Of a stretch of 64,000 nucleotides of DNA, positions 26,067 through 39,924 are shown piece after piece (the stretch's first letter is position 1; every line of letters starts with the position of its first letter). The translations under genes were made by a program, and so were the position numbers. Under the pieces are notes generated by a model, which did no database searches, was not told where the DNA came from, and saw only the letters and a list, made by a program, of their open reading frames with translations. This stretch comes from Carcharhinus amblyrhynchos (Eukaryota), in contig OZ336885.1 in assembly GCA_965287045.1 (NCBI GenBank), positions 45,198,001 to 45,262,000 on the forward strand, given 5' to 3'.

Positions 26067-26755
26067 CTGTAAAGAGAGATAGTGTATAAAGTGAAATTTA
26101 AAGTGTTAACATGAATTCACTTGATTGTTTTCCATTAACTGTCAAGTTTCTTTCTTGTGGTAAACTAGATCTGTATTTTTACCAAGTGTCTGACACTATG
26201 ATATGCTTACATCTATTGACAAGATTAAAGATATAAAGATCTTTGAAAAGTGTAGGTGAACAGAGAAACAAGGCCCATTTTTAACTCTGTCTACCATGTG
26301 GGGAGGTTTTGAATGAGGTTAAATTCAGGCTTACAGTTACAGGAAGCAAGACAATTACTTTTACTTTTGAGAGCAGCATCACAAAAGATCAACTCATAGT
26401 TGAATGATAAATATAATGGAGGGGTGGGTGGAGTGCATTGAAATCTTTCTGTCTAAACTACATTGATGCGGTGTTCTGGTAGCTCAGTTGGAGAAGCTGC
26501 ATTATTTGCGAACTTTCAACTGAGGTGTTCACTGTGGCTGTTTTGAGTGACGGATCTGAGGTCAATTAGCATAGGCTTTTTAATCTTTGAAGGTCCCTTG
26601 CCAATCACCAACAAAATACGTGATGCTTTTATGGTATGTGCCACTGTTTTTTTTAAAACGCAAAATTAAAGCACTTTTAACTTAGAATTGATTACAATGT
26701 GAGTAGCTAAGAAATATAAACAAAGGCTAGAAACTCAAACTGAGTTTTCTCTCTC

Positions 26756-26987
26756 TGACTCAGGAAGCCTGACTGGAAAGGAACATAGTTTATTACAGAA
26801 TGCAAAGTAAAACTACTACCGTGGTGTACACAAAGTAATCCCTGCCTGGGACAACAGTTCAGCAGGCCCAGTCCCAGGCCTGCCTTATAAAAGATTCAGG
26901 CAATGAGTTCCAGGAGAATTCATACTAAACAAGCCCCTACAGAGAGATCAATCTGTGATTCCCTATGGACCTCTTGGGGGTATCACA
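26756..26987 (-). mobile_element. Solo LTR of the Gypsy family at 31330-35057
   Basis: Reverse complement begins TGTGATACCCCC and shares blocks with 34850-35057: TTTTATAAGGCAGGCC, TTTTACTTTGCAT, TAATAAACTATGTTCCTTTCCAGT and GCTTCCTGAGTCA. Confidence 0.88.
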
Positions 26988-27453
26988 CTCTCCAGCCTCA
27001 GCCCACATGAGGAAAGATTTCTCTGTTCTCATAAGTAAAATCACAAACTATAATCCTATGGAATAGATTTACAATGTTGATGCACACAGACTTGTTCTTC
27101 TCCCTTGTTTACTTGAAAAATAATCTATTTTTAAGCTATGCAGTACTTTGAACAGTTACGTGAAGCAAATTTCCTCCAGAAACTAAGCAACACTTTGAAC
27201 AGTTACTCTTGCAAATTTCAGTATTGTGATCATGTGCAACACTTGGTTAAGCTGACTCAGTAACTCTCTGTACATAATAACATTGCTGTGCAAGAATCAC
27301 AGCACTACACCCCCCGCCCCCAACAAAACCCATTGAAATAGCCTCCTTGACATTAAAAAAATACAAAGTTGATAATATGTCACCTCCATATGATAACTTG
27401 TGTTGGGACAGACCCCGTACTGTATATGCATTCACTGTCCAGCTTCATTTGTC

Positions 27454-27498
27454 TGTGTGTGTGTGTGTGTGTGTGTGGGTGTGGGTGTGCGCGCGCGC
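27454..27498. repeat. (TG)n(CG)n compound microsatellite
   Basis: tgtgtgtgtgtgtgtgtgtgtgtgggtgtgggtgtgcgcgcgcgc. Confidence 0.95.
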
Positions 27499-27770
27499 TT
27501 ACACAGAATAAATACCATCAAAATTGTACAGGTGAAACATTCCTCTCCACAAAGAATTTGTAAAATGGCCAACTCAGTGTCTGTGGGATTGTAACCGTGT
27601 TCAATATCATTGGTGCTGTAGTGTACAGAAAACCCAAAAGACCGAGCAGTACAAAAATGTTCCTTTTCAAATAATCAAAAAAACATGTTTGCAATAATAC
27701 CTCCATCTTTAGGCTTTATAAAATAGTCCAAATTTGTCCCTGCAGATTATGTCACATAAATGCTATTGAT

Positions 27771-27784
27771 GTTGCCATAGTAAC
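27771..27784. promoter_or_regulatory. RFX X-box motif
   Basis: GTTGCCATAGTAAC fits the palindromic X-box GTTNCCATRGYAAC. Function is inferred only. Confidence 0.45.
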
Positions 27785-28196
27785 AATGCAAACTATTCTA
27801 ATCCACACCCATACTGCTCCCTTCATTGTGTCCTCCTTGTTTATTTTAATCCTCTTAATATTTACAGAACAACTGGAGAACAAGCTGCTTTTCATTTAAA
27901 AAGAAAATTGATGATGCACATCCAGCGTGAATTTACCATCCAGATTTTCTGTAAGTCCTTAAGGAGAAAAAAAAACTTGGCTTTGCAATGGGACATGGGG
28001 AGGCAGGCTTCTCAAAGTCAAATTTATTTTACCAGAAAGTATGTTTATTTTGAATGTCATGGAAAGTTGAAAATTAGCTTGGAATTTCTTAACACTTAGA
28101 ATTAACCTGAAAATAAAGGAATACTAAAGCTGTTAATGTGTCGCCTCCATGTGGTAACTAGTGCTGGGACACAGCCTCTATGGGGCAATAACGTAA

Positions 28197-28211
28197 TGGG
28201 ACTTGTAGTCC
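28197..28211. promoter_or_regulatory. ACTACA-type (ZNF143/THAP11-associated) vertebrate promoter motif
   Basis: TGGGACTTGTAGTCC is the reverse complement of GGACTACAAGTCCCA, a motif enriched in vertebrate promoters. Function is inferred only. Confidence 0.5.
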
Positions 28212-28649
28212 AGTGTGTTGAAGCTAACGCAGCATAAATGAGATATCTGCTTCGATTCTTTAAACCTCAACGAACGTCTTATAAAAATTCATTGACCTGT
28301 GAAAATGGGGTATTTGAACAGATTAATGAAATCCCACAGTTGATATATGCAAACAAGGTTGGAAAAGAAGAGCAAACGTAGCTTTGACCATGCGCCATTC
28401 CCAGGGTCCAAGTCTGTGGGTTTTGCGCCTTTTTTGTTAAAACCAGAGAAAGCTAAACCACAGTCCTTTTTTCCTTAGCTCTAATCACTTTAATAAAAAG
28501 CCTGTATGCTCTTTTATCAGACTGATATCTTATAAATTCAATACTACGCAGCAGCTTTGTTTCCAACCTGTCTCATATGCACATTAAAACACAGCGTTTC
28601 TTTATCCTGCCCATCAATGTTGACATTTCTGCTACAGTTTCCATGGACA

Positions 28650-28662
28650 AGGTCAAAGTTCA
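28650..28662 (+). promoter_or_regulatory. DR1 nuclear receptor element (HNF4/RXR/PPAR type)
   Basis: AGGTCA-A-AGTTCA. Confidence 0.35.
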
Positions 28663-29464
28663 TCAAAACACTGAGGAAATGCCAAAAAGGAGACATAAAG
28701 ACTCTTTTTTTTGTCGATAAATCTGTGTAAAGGTTATTTATTGCAGAGTAAATGTTGTTTAGACTTTAGTTTCTGGCGTGGGGGGGATTAAAAATGAAAG
28801 AAGCTAGTTTAAGCTGATTTTTGAAAGTCTTTGCATGGGAACGTTATCCAGCCCATCTGCACATTAGTAATGCTCTTGTCTGTCATGTTTTTTTCTCACC
28901 ATTACATGCTAATACATTGTCACACAATCTGTACTCAGTTACAGCTAGCATGACTGATTACTGGGGAATTTTATGGTTCATAATGGCTGTTTATCACAGT
29001 AATGCTTGCTGCTTAATGAGGCTACATCTATTTTTATATCCTGTAACTAACCTTTTCAGCTTTGCAAAGAGCGAGTTTGAAAACATACTCTTTGGTAGAT
29101 TTCCATACCTAAGTGCTACTTGGTTAAATTGTCACAAAGAGACATCGCTCTCCCCTCCCCCACCCAGATTTATCTCCGTTCTTCTGAACAACTTGACTCT
29201 TGCTGGGATATATTTCAACGGGTACCAGAATAACCATTCTTCATGAATATGATCCTAGGCTGTATATTGACAGGTTACTCCCATCAATGGAAAGTACTTA
29301 TTTCAATATGAAGCCCTATTTCAGTCTCACCTGACATCCTCAATCATCAGCATGAGTCTTAAGGAAAAAAATATGCAGTTTGAAATTGCCTTATTTTATC
29401 CTTGGGAGGTCCCAAAGCACTTTGCAATCAATTAATTATTTTTTGAAATGCAATCACTATTATT

Positions 29465-31200
29465 AAGAACATAAGAATTAGGAACAGGGGGAGGCAATTT
29501 AGCTCCCAGTGTCTGCTGCACCATTCAGTATGATCATGGCTGATCTCATCTTGGTTTCCACTTTCCTAGCCATTCTCCATAACCCTTCAAAACATTACTA
29601 ATTGAAAATCTATCTCTCCTTAAATTTACTCAATGCCTCAGCATCCCCCACACTCTGGGGGAGTGAATTCCACAAACTCAACATGCTTTGAGAGAAGTGG
29701 TTTATCTTTATTCCTGTTTTAAATCTGCTACCCCATATCCTAAAAAAATTATCTCTTGGTTGAGATTGCCCCACACAAGAAAGCATCCACTCTACTTTGT
29801 TAATAGCTTTTGTCATTTACACATCTCAATCAGATCTCCTCTCATTCTTCTAAACTCTGGACAGTATTGGCCTAAACTGCTCAAATTCCCTTCAGAAGAC
29901 AAACCCCTCGTCTCTGGAATCAATCTAGTGAACCTCCTCTGAATTGCCTCTAGTGCCACTACATCCTTCCTCAAGTAAAGTTGACTAAAACCGTACAGGG
30001 CACGCCAGATGTGGTCTCACCAATGCCATGTATGGTTGAAGCACAGGAACAGGCCATTCAGCCCTTCAAGTCCGTTCCACCATTCAATAAAATCGTGGCC
30101 GATCTGTGGCCTAACCCCATGTATCGTCCCTAGGGACATATCCTTTATTAACCCTACTTAACAAAAAATTGTCTATCCCAGACTTAAACCTAACAATTGA
30201 ACCAGCATCTATTGCCATTTAAGGAAGAGAATTCCAAACCACCACCACTTCCTGCATGTAGAAATGTTTTCCAATATCTCTCCTAAATGGCTTGAACCTC
30301 ATTTTTAGATTATGGCCCCTGGTTCTAGAGCCTTCAACTAGTGAAAACAATTAATCTTATCCACCCTGTCTTTCCCTGTAAATATTTTGTTGACGTTATC
30401 AGATCACCTCTCAACCTCCTGAATTCAAAAGAATAAAAGGCCCAATTTATCTAATCCCTCCTCATAATGTAACGCCTGAAGCCCAGGTATCATTCTTGTA
30501 ACCTTGTGTTGAGCTCTTTCCAGGGCCAAAACATCCTTCCTAATATGTGATGCCTATACCTGCTCACAATACACCAAGTGGAGTCGAACTAGTGTTTTGT
30601 ACAACTGCAGCATAGCATCTGCATCCCTATATTCTAACCCTTCAGATATAAAGGCCAACATTTTATTGGCCTTCTTGACTATTTTCTGCACCTGGTCATG
30701 GCATCTTAAGGAACTATGTACCTGAGCACCCAAATCTTGTTGGACATCCACTAAATTTAACTTGGTGCCTTCTAAAAAAAAATCTGATCCAAAATGGATA
30801 AGCTCACACTTTGTTTATACTAAAATCCATTTGTCACAGCTTAGCTCATTCACCCAATCTATCAATATCTTGTTGCAGTTTTATGCTGTCCTCAACACTA
30901 TCTACAATGCTATCCAATTTTGTGTCATCGCAAGTTTGTACATTTGATTTTTAAAACCATTATCTAACACTCTATACTCTACTTTAGACTCTATTCCTGT
31001 AGCTATAAATGCCACAATTCAATTTGCTTTCCTTATTACCTGCTGTACTAGTTTTCCGCAGCTCAAGCATGAGAACACCCAGATCCCTCTGCACCAAAGC
31101 ATCCCGAATTCTCTCTCCATTTAGATAATAAGTTGTCTTTCCATTTTTTCAACCAAAATGGATAACCTCACACTTACCCACATTAAGCTCCACATTTTGG
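29465..31200 (-). mobile_element. Two nested CR1 3' fragments (second inserted at ~30043-30965)
   Basis: Two tail starts (AAGAACATAAGAATTAGG at 29465; CACAGGAACAGGCCATTCAG at ~30042). ORF 30554..30751 reads QQDLGAQVHSSL...KKANKMLAFI..GLEY. Confidence 0.85.
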
Positions 31201-31329
31201 ATGGACATGGATAATTAAGTGGATAGGATGCATTGAAAGTTACTGAGGGAAATAAGAGTGGAAATTGTAGAGGAACAAGAGAAGTTTCAGACAGCCCTGT
31301 CTTTCATTGAACCCAGTAAGACAATGACA

Positions 31330-34300
31330 GGGAGATATTGAAAATGCCGCTGTTTAGGAAACATATGATGAGGGTGTGGAGGATTGGCTCCAGTAGGCCA
31401 AAAGAATGAGACATTTCTTCCAGACAAATGGAATAGAAAGGGACGACCTGACCGTTTGTGGAGCCCTGACTTTCAGCATCATAAAATGCTTAACCTACCT
31501 GGCAGCCCTGGATTCAAAATCTTTTGGTGACTTGATAGATATATCGGACCACCACTCTAAACTGTCTGTTATATTGCAACCCGATAACATGGCAACTAGA
31601 GTCCTGGGGAACCAGTTACTGAATTCTTCGTAAGGTTGTGGAAATTGGAAGAATACTGAGTATGGGTCAACACTTCCAGAAATGTTAAAGAACTGTTTAA
31701 TATGTGGACTTAATAATATTGCAATTTAAAGGAAGCTACTGACTGAACCAACTCTGGACCTCAAGAAAGCCATAGAACTAGCCTTTTCCTGGGAAAGTGC
31801 AGAGAAAGGGGCCCAGGAGCTTCAGGGGTCCACAGACGAGATGCTCCATAGCCCTGGGCGACCCCCATACTAAGAACCAAGTCCTCAGTGGATAATGCTC
31901 ACATTTCCCATTTGCCGAGAAATGGCATTGGATTTGGGGGCTGTGAGATTGCAGAACTAGACAGGAAGCCTCTCCAATACAGTGAGGAGTGAGCACATTC
32001 ATGCTGCACTTGTAGTCATAGGGTCCACCCCCACCAAGCCTACCAAAACATGTACTGCTTAGGCCAAAAGGCGAAGCCACCTCAGGACAGGGCTTTACAA
32101 ATAAACCAACCTGAGAATGAGGAATTGATGTGGCTCCAATCCAGGTAAATGGCTATCCCCTAGAGATGGAGGTAGACACAGGAGCCACTGTTTCTATTAT
32201 TGGGAAGCAAACCTTTGGGTGACTTTGAATGGACATCTTGCCTTTAAGCATCATGCCTTTAAGCCTGCAGGACATCAAGGCTAGATTGGCCACACAACTA
32301 CAGAACACTTGCGTATCATTGGGACCATCTGAACCCTAGTTACGCACGGGTAATAGAAGCCCAACCCCCCTAATAATGGGGCAAGGACCAGGGACCAGCC
32401 TTTTGAGAAGGGACTGGCTACAGAAAATCCACCTGGATTGACAACAGATCTTTAAAATGGGTACTAGCAATTTATACAAAGTCATCAGGCAGTATCACAA
32501 AGCATTGCAAGAAGGCTTCGAAAGATTAGAGACGTTAGGGCCAATGTCTGTGGACCCAGAGACCCAACCTAAATATTTCAAGGCATGACCAATCCCCTGT
32601 GCCCCATGTGTGAAAGTAGAGGATGAATTGGAACACCTAGAGGAATTTGGCATTATACGTCCAGTGCAATTTGCTGAATGGGCCATGGCAGTACTCCCAG
32701 TTTTAAAACCTGATGATTCAATCGATATCTGTGGGGATTATATGTTAGTGGTCAACCGACCCTCCCAATAACAGATACCCTCTGCCATGCAGAGAAGACT
32801 TGTATGCAAAGCTGGCTGGAGCTCACATATTTTCCAAATTAGACATGAGCCAAACCTACCTCCAAATGGAGGCACGAGGTGTCATCCAGGAAATATGTCA
32901 AAATAAATACTCACCAAAGGACTGTATGAGTACAGCTGTTTGCTCCTTCTGCTAACTTTGGCTTGTTCCATTTTTCAAAGATTGATGGAGAACATGCTTC
33001 AAGGGGCGCCCAGAGTAGCAGCCTATCCCAATGGCATTTTAATCTCAGGAAAGGAACATTTGGAGTTTGGAGGAGGTCTTATGGCTTTTTTTTCTGGAGC
33101 TGGTGTCTGATTAAAAAGGAAAACGTGTGTTCCAGGTCAATAAGGTAACATACCCTGGGTACAGAGTTGACAAGGATTGATCACATCCTGTCAAAGAGAA
33201 GGTGAAGGTAATAAAGGGCTCTGATTCCAAGGAATTGAAGTCTTTCCTGGGTCTCATAAATTACTATGGAAAATTCATACTGAACTTGGAGACCCTGCTG
33301 GTATTCCTCCACATACTGTTAAAAAAAAAATCAGAAATGATCATGGCAAATGCCACAAGAGAGCCTTTGCAAACATTAAACAACAATTGCTGTTAATGAA
33401 TATACTAAGCGTACTATGACTCTTTGAGACCACTCATTGTAACCTGCATATGCCCAGATTGAAAAAGGTTTGGCCATGGCGTTTGCGGTGAAAAGGTTGC
33501 CCAAGTACACCTATAGTTGGCATTTCACCATAGTAACCAATGACAAATCTCTGTTGGCCTCTTCAAAGAAGACAAGGTGATTCCTCCCATTGTGTCAGCC
33601 GTATTCAGTGCTGGACACTGCTACTAGGTGCCTACGAATATACCTTAGAACATTGGCCAGGAAGACATGTAGCCAATGAGGATGCATTGAGCCAACTGCC
33701 ACTACCCACCAACTTACCTTCTCCTCTGAAATGATGAAGTTGCCATGACTCTGAACTTCATAATACTCTGCCAGCATCTGCCAAACAAATCCAGACATAG
33801 ATCCAAAAAGGAAGCTATGTTAGTAAAAATACATCTTGTCGTTCTAAGTGGCGGACCACATGGGTGTCTTCTGGAGGATTTGAAATCTTATCTCTCAATA
33901 TCAGGAGTTGAGTCTAGTAGATGGCATCATCATGTGGGGAGCCCAGCTGATGGTCCCAAGTTCAGCAACCAATACTTAAAGAATTGCACAATGGCCACTT
34001 AGGAATTTCTAGGATGAAAACATTCACAATGTCTCGTGGCCTGCCATAGAGATTGTTATCAAAACCCTGCTCAACTAGTGCAAAACTTGCCAGGAAAACC
34101 AGAAAACCCCACCAGCAGCCTTGTTGCACCATTTGGAATGGCCGGGGAAACCCTGGTGCGAATACATGCAGACTTCACAGAGCCATTTTATGGGCTCATG
34201 TTTTAATTCTCATTGACATTCATTCAAAATTGATCAATGGCTTCTACTACCTCTTACAATACCATGAAGAAACTCAATCTTTTATTATGCATGGTATACC

Positions 34301-35057
34301 CAAGGTTCTCATGACAGACATGGGACCCCATTTACCAGTGGGGAGTTTAATGAGTATGAATGGGGTAAAGCAGCATGGCACTTCACCACACTGGCTGAGA
34401 GGATGATCACAAAGAAACATACCACAGATGCTTTAGAAGTAAAGCTTGCAAGCTTCTTTTTCAACCATAAGACCATGCTGCATATAACGATGAAGCTAGT
34501 GATGGGCCAATGCCTTTGGACTAGGCTTAGCCTGACATTTCCAAATTTGACTAGCAATTTTGAGTTAAAACAAGAAGCCTAGAAAAGAGACTGGATCGAG
34601 ACTTCAAATTGGAAGATATGGCCCACGTGAGGAATTTGGCAATTGTTCTCTGTGGATTCCAGGAGTTAGTCTCAAGAAAACGGGACCAGTGTCTTACAAA
34701 GTAAAAACCAGGAAGAAGACCTTAAAGAAGCATGTAGATCACCTCCGTCACAGCAAACCCTCTGCAGATGCAACTGTTTCTATGGACATGACACTGTCAG
34801 CGTCCTTCACACCAGCCGTGGACGGCAACCTCCGCCCTCTGAAAACTCAAGATAACCCCGATGAGGTCAATGGGGAATCCCATTGATCGATCTCCCCATG
34901 GGGCTTGTTGAGTATGATTTCCCCTAGTAACAGTCAGTAGCCTGCCCTGCTGAAACTCATTACCTGAGCCTTTTATAAGGCAGGCCCAGGACTGGTTTTA
35001 CTTTGCATGTTCTAATAAACTATGTTCCTTTCCAGTTGAGCTTCCTGAGTCATTACA
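31330..35057 (+). mobile_element. Degenerate Ty3/Gypsy LTR retrotransposon (gag-pro-RT-RNaseH-integrase remnants plus 3' LTR at ~34850-35057)
   Basis: gag RHFFQTNGI; protease VNGYPLEMEVDTGATVS (~32145); RT FAEWA..PVLKPDDSIDICGDY (~32670); ELKSFLGLINYYGKFI; integrase LHNGHLGISRMK (~33985). The LTR has TTTTATAA and AATAAA and ends ...CATTACA. No 5' LTR recognised. Confidence 0.92.
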
Positions 35058-38000
35058 GAGGCCATAAATTATTACATTTTGAAAAAGTGCGAGGTTAAAG
35101 AAAATGAACAAGCAGGTTGGGATTAATTCAATGCTTGATGTGGAGGAATCACACAACCAAGATAGCCTCAGATTCAGTAGCCTTACCTGAACACACTGCA
35201 GGAAAGGATTTAGAGGTCTTTATATAATCAGTATTTAATATACCCAACTACTGATGCCAATAATCAAAGTAAATTGAATACCAGACTATATAGGCAAATA
35301 TTTAAAGGGCAAGTTATATTGTAACTGCACAGCACATTATTCACATTGCACTTTGAATACTCTATTTAGTTCTAATCAACAAAATGCAATGGAGACAAAT
35401 TTACGTACACAATGATAGGCTCTAAATTTCAAGGTAATTATTATTGTTTGCAAATCACTTTGAAAGATGTTGCCTTTTTTGAGAAAAGGATGGCTGATGT
35501 ACTCCTTAATAAAACAATAAATAAATCAAGACTGACAGGGAGACAGCCCCTCAAGGAGCATTGTAACAAAAAGATATCAATGCTTCAAAGGGAATTTAGA
35601 AAATCAAACCAAAGTGTCGTCACCCCAGCCCCCATAGAGCGCACCCAGTGGTAAAGGAAAGGCTGAAGCATGATGATGGACACCTTATGCTTCCTCTAAC
35701 AGGCCACCCAGCCACAAGAGGGGTAAACAGGTTGGATGACCCCTGTGACTGCTTGCTGCCCAGGCTTGTTAATGGCCAACCTCTGAAGGACAGTGATATA
35801 GGAAACATAGCTGCTGCTTTGCACACAGCAATCTCCAACAAACAGCAATGTGGTAATGACCAGATGATCTGTTTTGTTATCACAATTCTTGATGTTCGGG
35901 GTGAACTTTCCTGTACTTCTTTGAAATAGTACTAGGGGGATGTTTCGTAGTCTTCTCATAGGGCATACATGATTTTTCTAACATCTCAATCTGAAAGACT
36001 CTCAGTACTATATCAGGTTGTCAGCTTTGGCTTCTGTGTTCAAAATTTGCATTTAGACTTGATCCCAGGACTACCTGATTGCGAGGTGAGGGTGCTCCCC
36101 ACTGAGCTACAGCTAACACTAATCATTGCAAAGAGCAAAATGAAACTCTGGAAAAGGCCTGATCTATTTCCCTTCTGAAGCTATTTCCTTGTGACCAAAA
36201 GTTGAAGGAAAGGGTTAAAAAAAAAATGAATAGCATAGAAGTACAGGCAACTACATCTGAATATGTAGAAGATAATCAGTGAAATGCAAATACCATCAGA
36301 TTACAATGTTAAAACTGATTAAAAGCTCTTCTGTGCAGATGTGCTGATTGGATGGGCTTCCTAAACATGGATTTTCTCAGAATCAGTAAAGCTTCCTCTC
36401 ACCATTTACACAATATGAATGGACTGTAATAGTGATTATCTGTTACAATTATACATAAACACAACATCTAAGCTCTCCAACGAAGGTTAATTTAATTTTA
36501 GTTGAGCACTAAGAGCAGAAGCTTACGTCAGTGTTTATGACTGAGAGACACATTATTAAACCTGTTTCACATTTCCAAAGACTAAATGCTGGTATAAACA
36601 AAACCAGGTTTGTGATAATGAAAATAATTTCCGAATGATAGAAATGGTCAGTGATATGACAGAATGCATTCTCTTTCCTCAAATCATAAGTTACAGTGTA
36701 ATTAAATTGTATTCCTAAAAAAGGTAATTTTTTTAAAGATGCTCCTTTGCAATGGAACTTAATGCTCGACAGGAGTCTGTGACATCCACCAGTAGCTTCC
36801 CTCCACTAAGTACCATTCTTCTGGTAAACGCTGAATCAAGGGGCACAAGAGTTGGTTTTGGAAGCCTTTACTGAGGTGGCCATTACAAGTTTAAACAAAC
36901 TGTTGAAGGTATCACAGCCAATCCAATCCTTTCTTTGAGACAGGCAATTATGTTATATTTAAAGGCCATTTTACGAGACTACTGGCAAATTGCCAATGGC
37001 TGGAAGGCCCACTGTTGCACAGGGACATTGGCAGCATCATGGAGGCAGCTCCCTGCAGCATTTACTGGGAGGATCATCAGAGCTTCAGGCTCCATAACTT
37101 GAAGGGTCACAGGTGCCAAGCAGGAAATGCAGCCCCATGGCCCCAGTGCTCTGGCCAAAGAGGTTTCCCCTCTAACCCCAGAGCCACTGAATTTTTAAAA
37201 CCCACCTACCTGGAGCAACATTAAGTCTCCTGCCTGCCTCATCAGCATTCACCTCTCCTCTAAGGCATTGCTGAGGCTTCAGAGTTACTGGTCCTCTGAT
37301 TGGGCTGGCAGCTGCAGGAACCCACATGCTAAGTTTACTTAGACAGCAAACCCACTGGCAATCATTTAGGGGGTAGCCTGTGGTAAAACTATCAAACCAG
37401 GCTGCTGTCAACAAGTGCAGGCTTGGAATCCTTTTCTTGGGTCCCGAAGCCCCTGCTAAAATTTTTTTAAGGATTTTTAGGATTGGAATAGAGGGCAATG
37501 TGCTAATCTATTGCGCCACCCAGTGGTTCTAAGAACAGTATAATACCAGCATGATAACATCATCAGATGCTTCTCAATAGTTGACAGCAAACAAATTTCT
37601 ACTTCCATAGTACTACACAACTAATGAAACACTTTTAAATGCTTTTTATTGTTCATTATACGGGAAATAGGCATTACTGGCTAGACGAGCATTTTATTAC
37701 TCATCCCTAGTTGCCCTTGAGCTGGTGAGTTGCCTTCGTGAATCCGTGCAGTCCCCAAGGTATAGGTACGCCTATAGTGATTTTAGGGAGGGAGTTCCAG
37801 GGACAGAGGCAGTGAAGGAATGGCAATATATTTCCAAGTAATAGTAAAAAGTGTTGCATTTGAGTTTAACGTTATCCAGGTTGGGGCAGGGGGAATGACC
37901 TAGAATGCCAGTGACCTATATTAAAAATATATACACATGAACTCAGAGTAAGAAATCATTCCTCAAAGTAAAAGTACATGCCAGTACTCATGCATTGGGC

Positions 38001-39924
38001 TCTTATTTGAAGAGTGTTTTCTTGTTACCAGATAAATTGTTTTAATCCTTTGTTGTTGGGGAGAGGTGGGGAAGATTCTTGTTTTAACGTACAGGTACAT
38101 TATAAAGCTTTGAAAACCTCAGATGAATAAGCCATCTTGTGGCCACTGAAATACAGCTAACTGAAAATGCATACAATAAAACTATAAAAGTAGTTGTTTA
38201 ACATAACATTGTCTAAGACATGATCTGCAAGCTTCATGAACTGAGCCTACAGTCCATTTCTTCTGTTTTCGTATATTAACTTCAACTTTTAGGATCTGGA
38301 AGATCAAAAAACAAGACACCTTTAGGGTTTTTATATTATTTTCTGGGACCTGGGATTTTTAGACATGCAGAACTCAATGTCAGGGCCATATGTAACTCTT
38401 TGAAGGGCTAGACACCGAGTTTAAAACACGATAAATTGATTCACATAAAAACTAGGCGAAGTCCAATTTTCCATAACTATGCATAAATGCCAAAGTGGCA
38501 ACTGAACTGCAACCTATTGCTGACATTGCTATCTGCATGATCAAAACGGCATTCCTACTTGCATGACAGCAAATAAAACAGTGGGACAATTGCACACCTT
38601 AAAAGCAACAGGTTTAGTTAGTATTCTTTGTGCAAAATTCAAATATGAATCTGTCAAAATGACAAAATTAAAGTTTCTAGGTCACAGTCAAAACTATTGC
38701 TTGCATTAGAGGCATTCATGTGCTCAGAGGTTTAAATGGTAGGTACAAGTTATAATGAATATAGTTACAGTCCCAATTGAAGGTCTGTAAAATAATCTGA
38801 ATTTTTTTCCAATAAATCAGCCCACCACCAAATCACATCCGAACAAATAAAATTCTAATACACCAAAAAAAACCAGATGCCCCATGGACCCCCAGTTGAA
38901 CAAGCTGATAAATCAATGCCAGATATTGGAGATGCTGCATAGTGTATTACAAGAGTACCATTTGTAGATGTCCTGCAAGATCTAATCAAGGCTTCCTAAT
39001 TGAAACAAAGTCCTTAATGGTGATGGACATTGTTCTTCAGTAACCAGGCCGCTAACCAGGATAGTTCTGAGCTCATACTGAATGCTTTCAGAAAGGGAGT
39101 ATGATTCCGGTGCAGCCAGGGGTGCACACCCACTGACTCTAGCTCTAAACAAGCCCTCAGGTTTTCTATCATTTATTCTCCCTACTTTTCAGTCCCACCA
39201 CCAGTGATTTCCTTCATGTGAACATTCTTCATGGATGCATGCAGATGGTGAAACAATAACTTTTTTTCTGTGATGTCTGTACTATAGTTATTTTCTCTAC
39301 TCTTCACTTTACTATCTGAAGGTGATGGGGGCATTTTAAATCCTTTAGTGTTTTATGTCTGTGCAAATAAACTAATCCATTGACTTCATCCTGTCTCTGG
39401 CTTGCTGTGGGGTTATTAACATAGAGAATTAGATTGCACCAAAATAAAGTGCAAATGTGCCATCACTTAAAGAGAGGAAGAAATTAAAACAGCTTTTCGT
39501 TTATTGATGGGTTGAGAGACAAGAAATTAATGCTGTTTATATTAATCCCATTCCTGTGATTAACTCTTTATGGGAAGGGTGAAAGGAGGGGTTTAAAACA
39601 ATGGGCACATTTAACCTCTCCCCATTATTTCAAATAAGGGGTGATGGAATCGCCCCCAATTTTAAAATTTAGGTGACTAATTCAGATCAAAATCTATTAA
39701 CAGCACTAATTTTTTTCTAACACAACTCTGCGATCGTTAGCAACGCAAGGGACAATGAAAAAGTCCTTGAGCTTTTCAGTCCTAAATGTTGGCAACTGAA
39801 AGAATACTTGCATTTAGAAGATAGTAAACAGTAGAGAGAAGGTAGAGCTGAAACAATCACCAAAAATCTCAATCCTTGTTCGCAGCTGGGATTCTGTAGT
39901 GCCGGTGATAGTGGATGGAATTTT

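Noticed and set aside
28821-29246. 141-aa ORF in the promoter-like island
   Set aside because: Non-ATG start, composition typical of AT-rich noncoding DNA and no recognisable homology.
31330-34850. Domesticated or intact Gypsy gag/pol
   Set aside because: Every domain is broken by stops, frameshifts and deletions.
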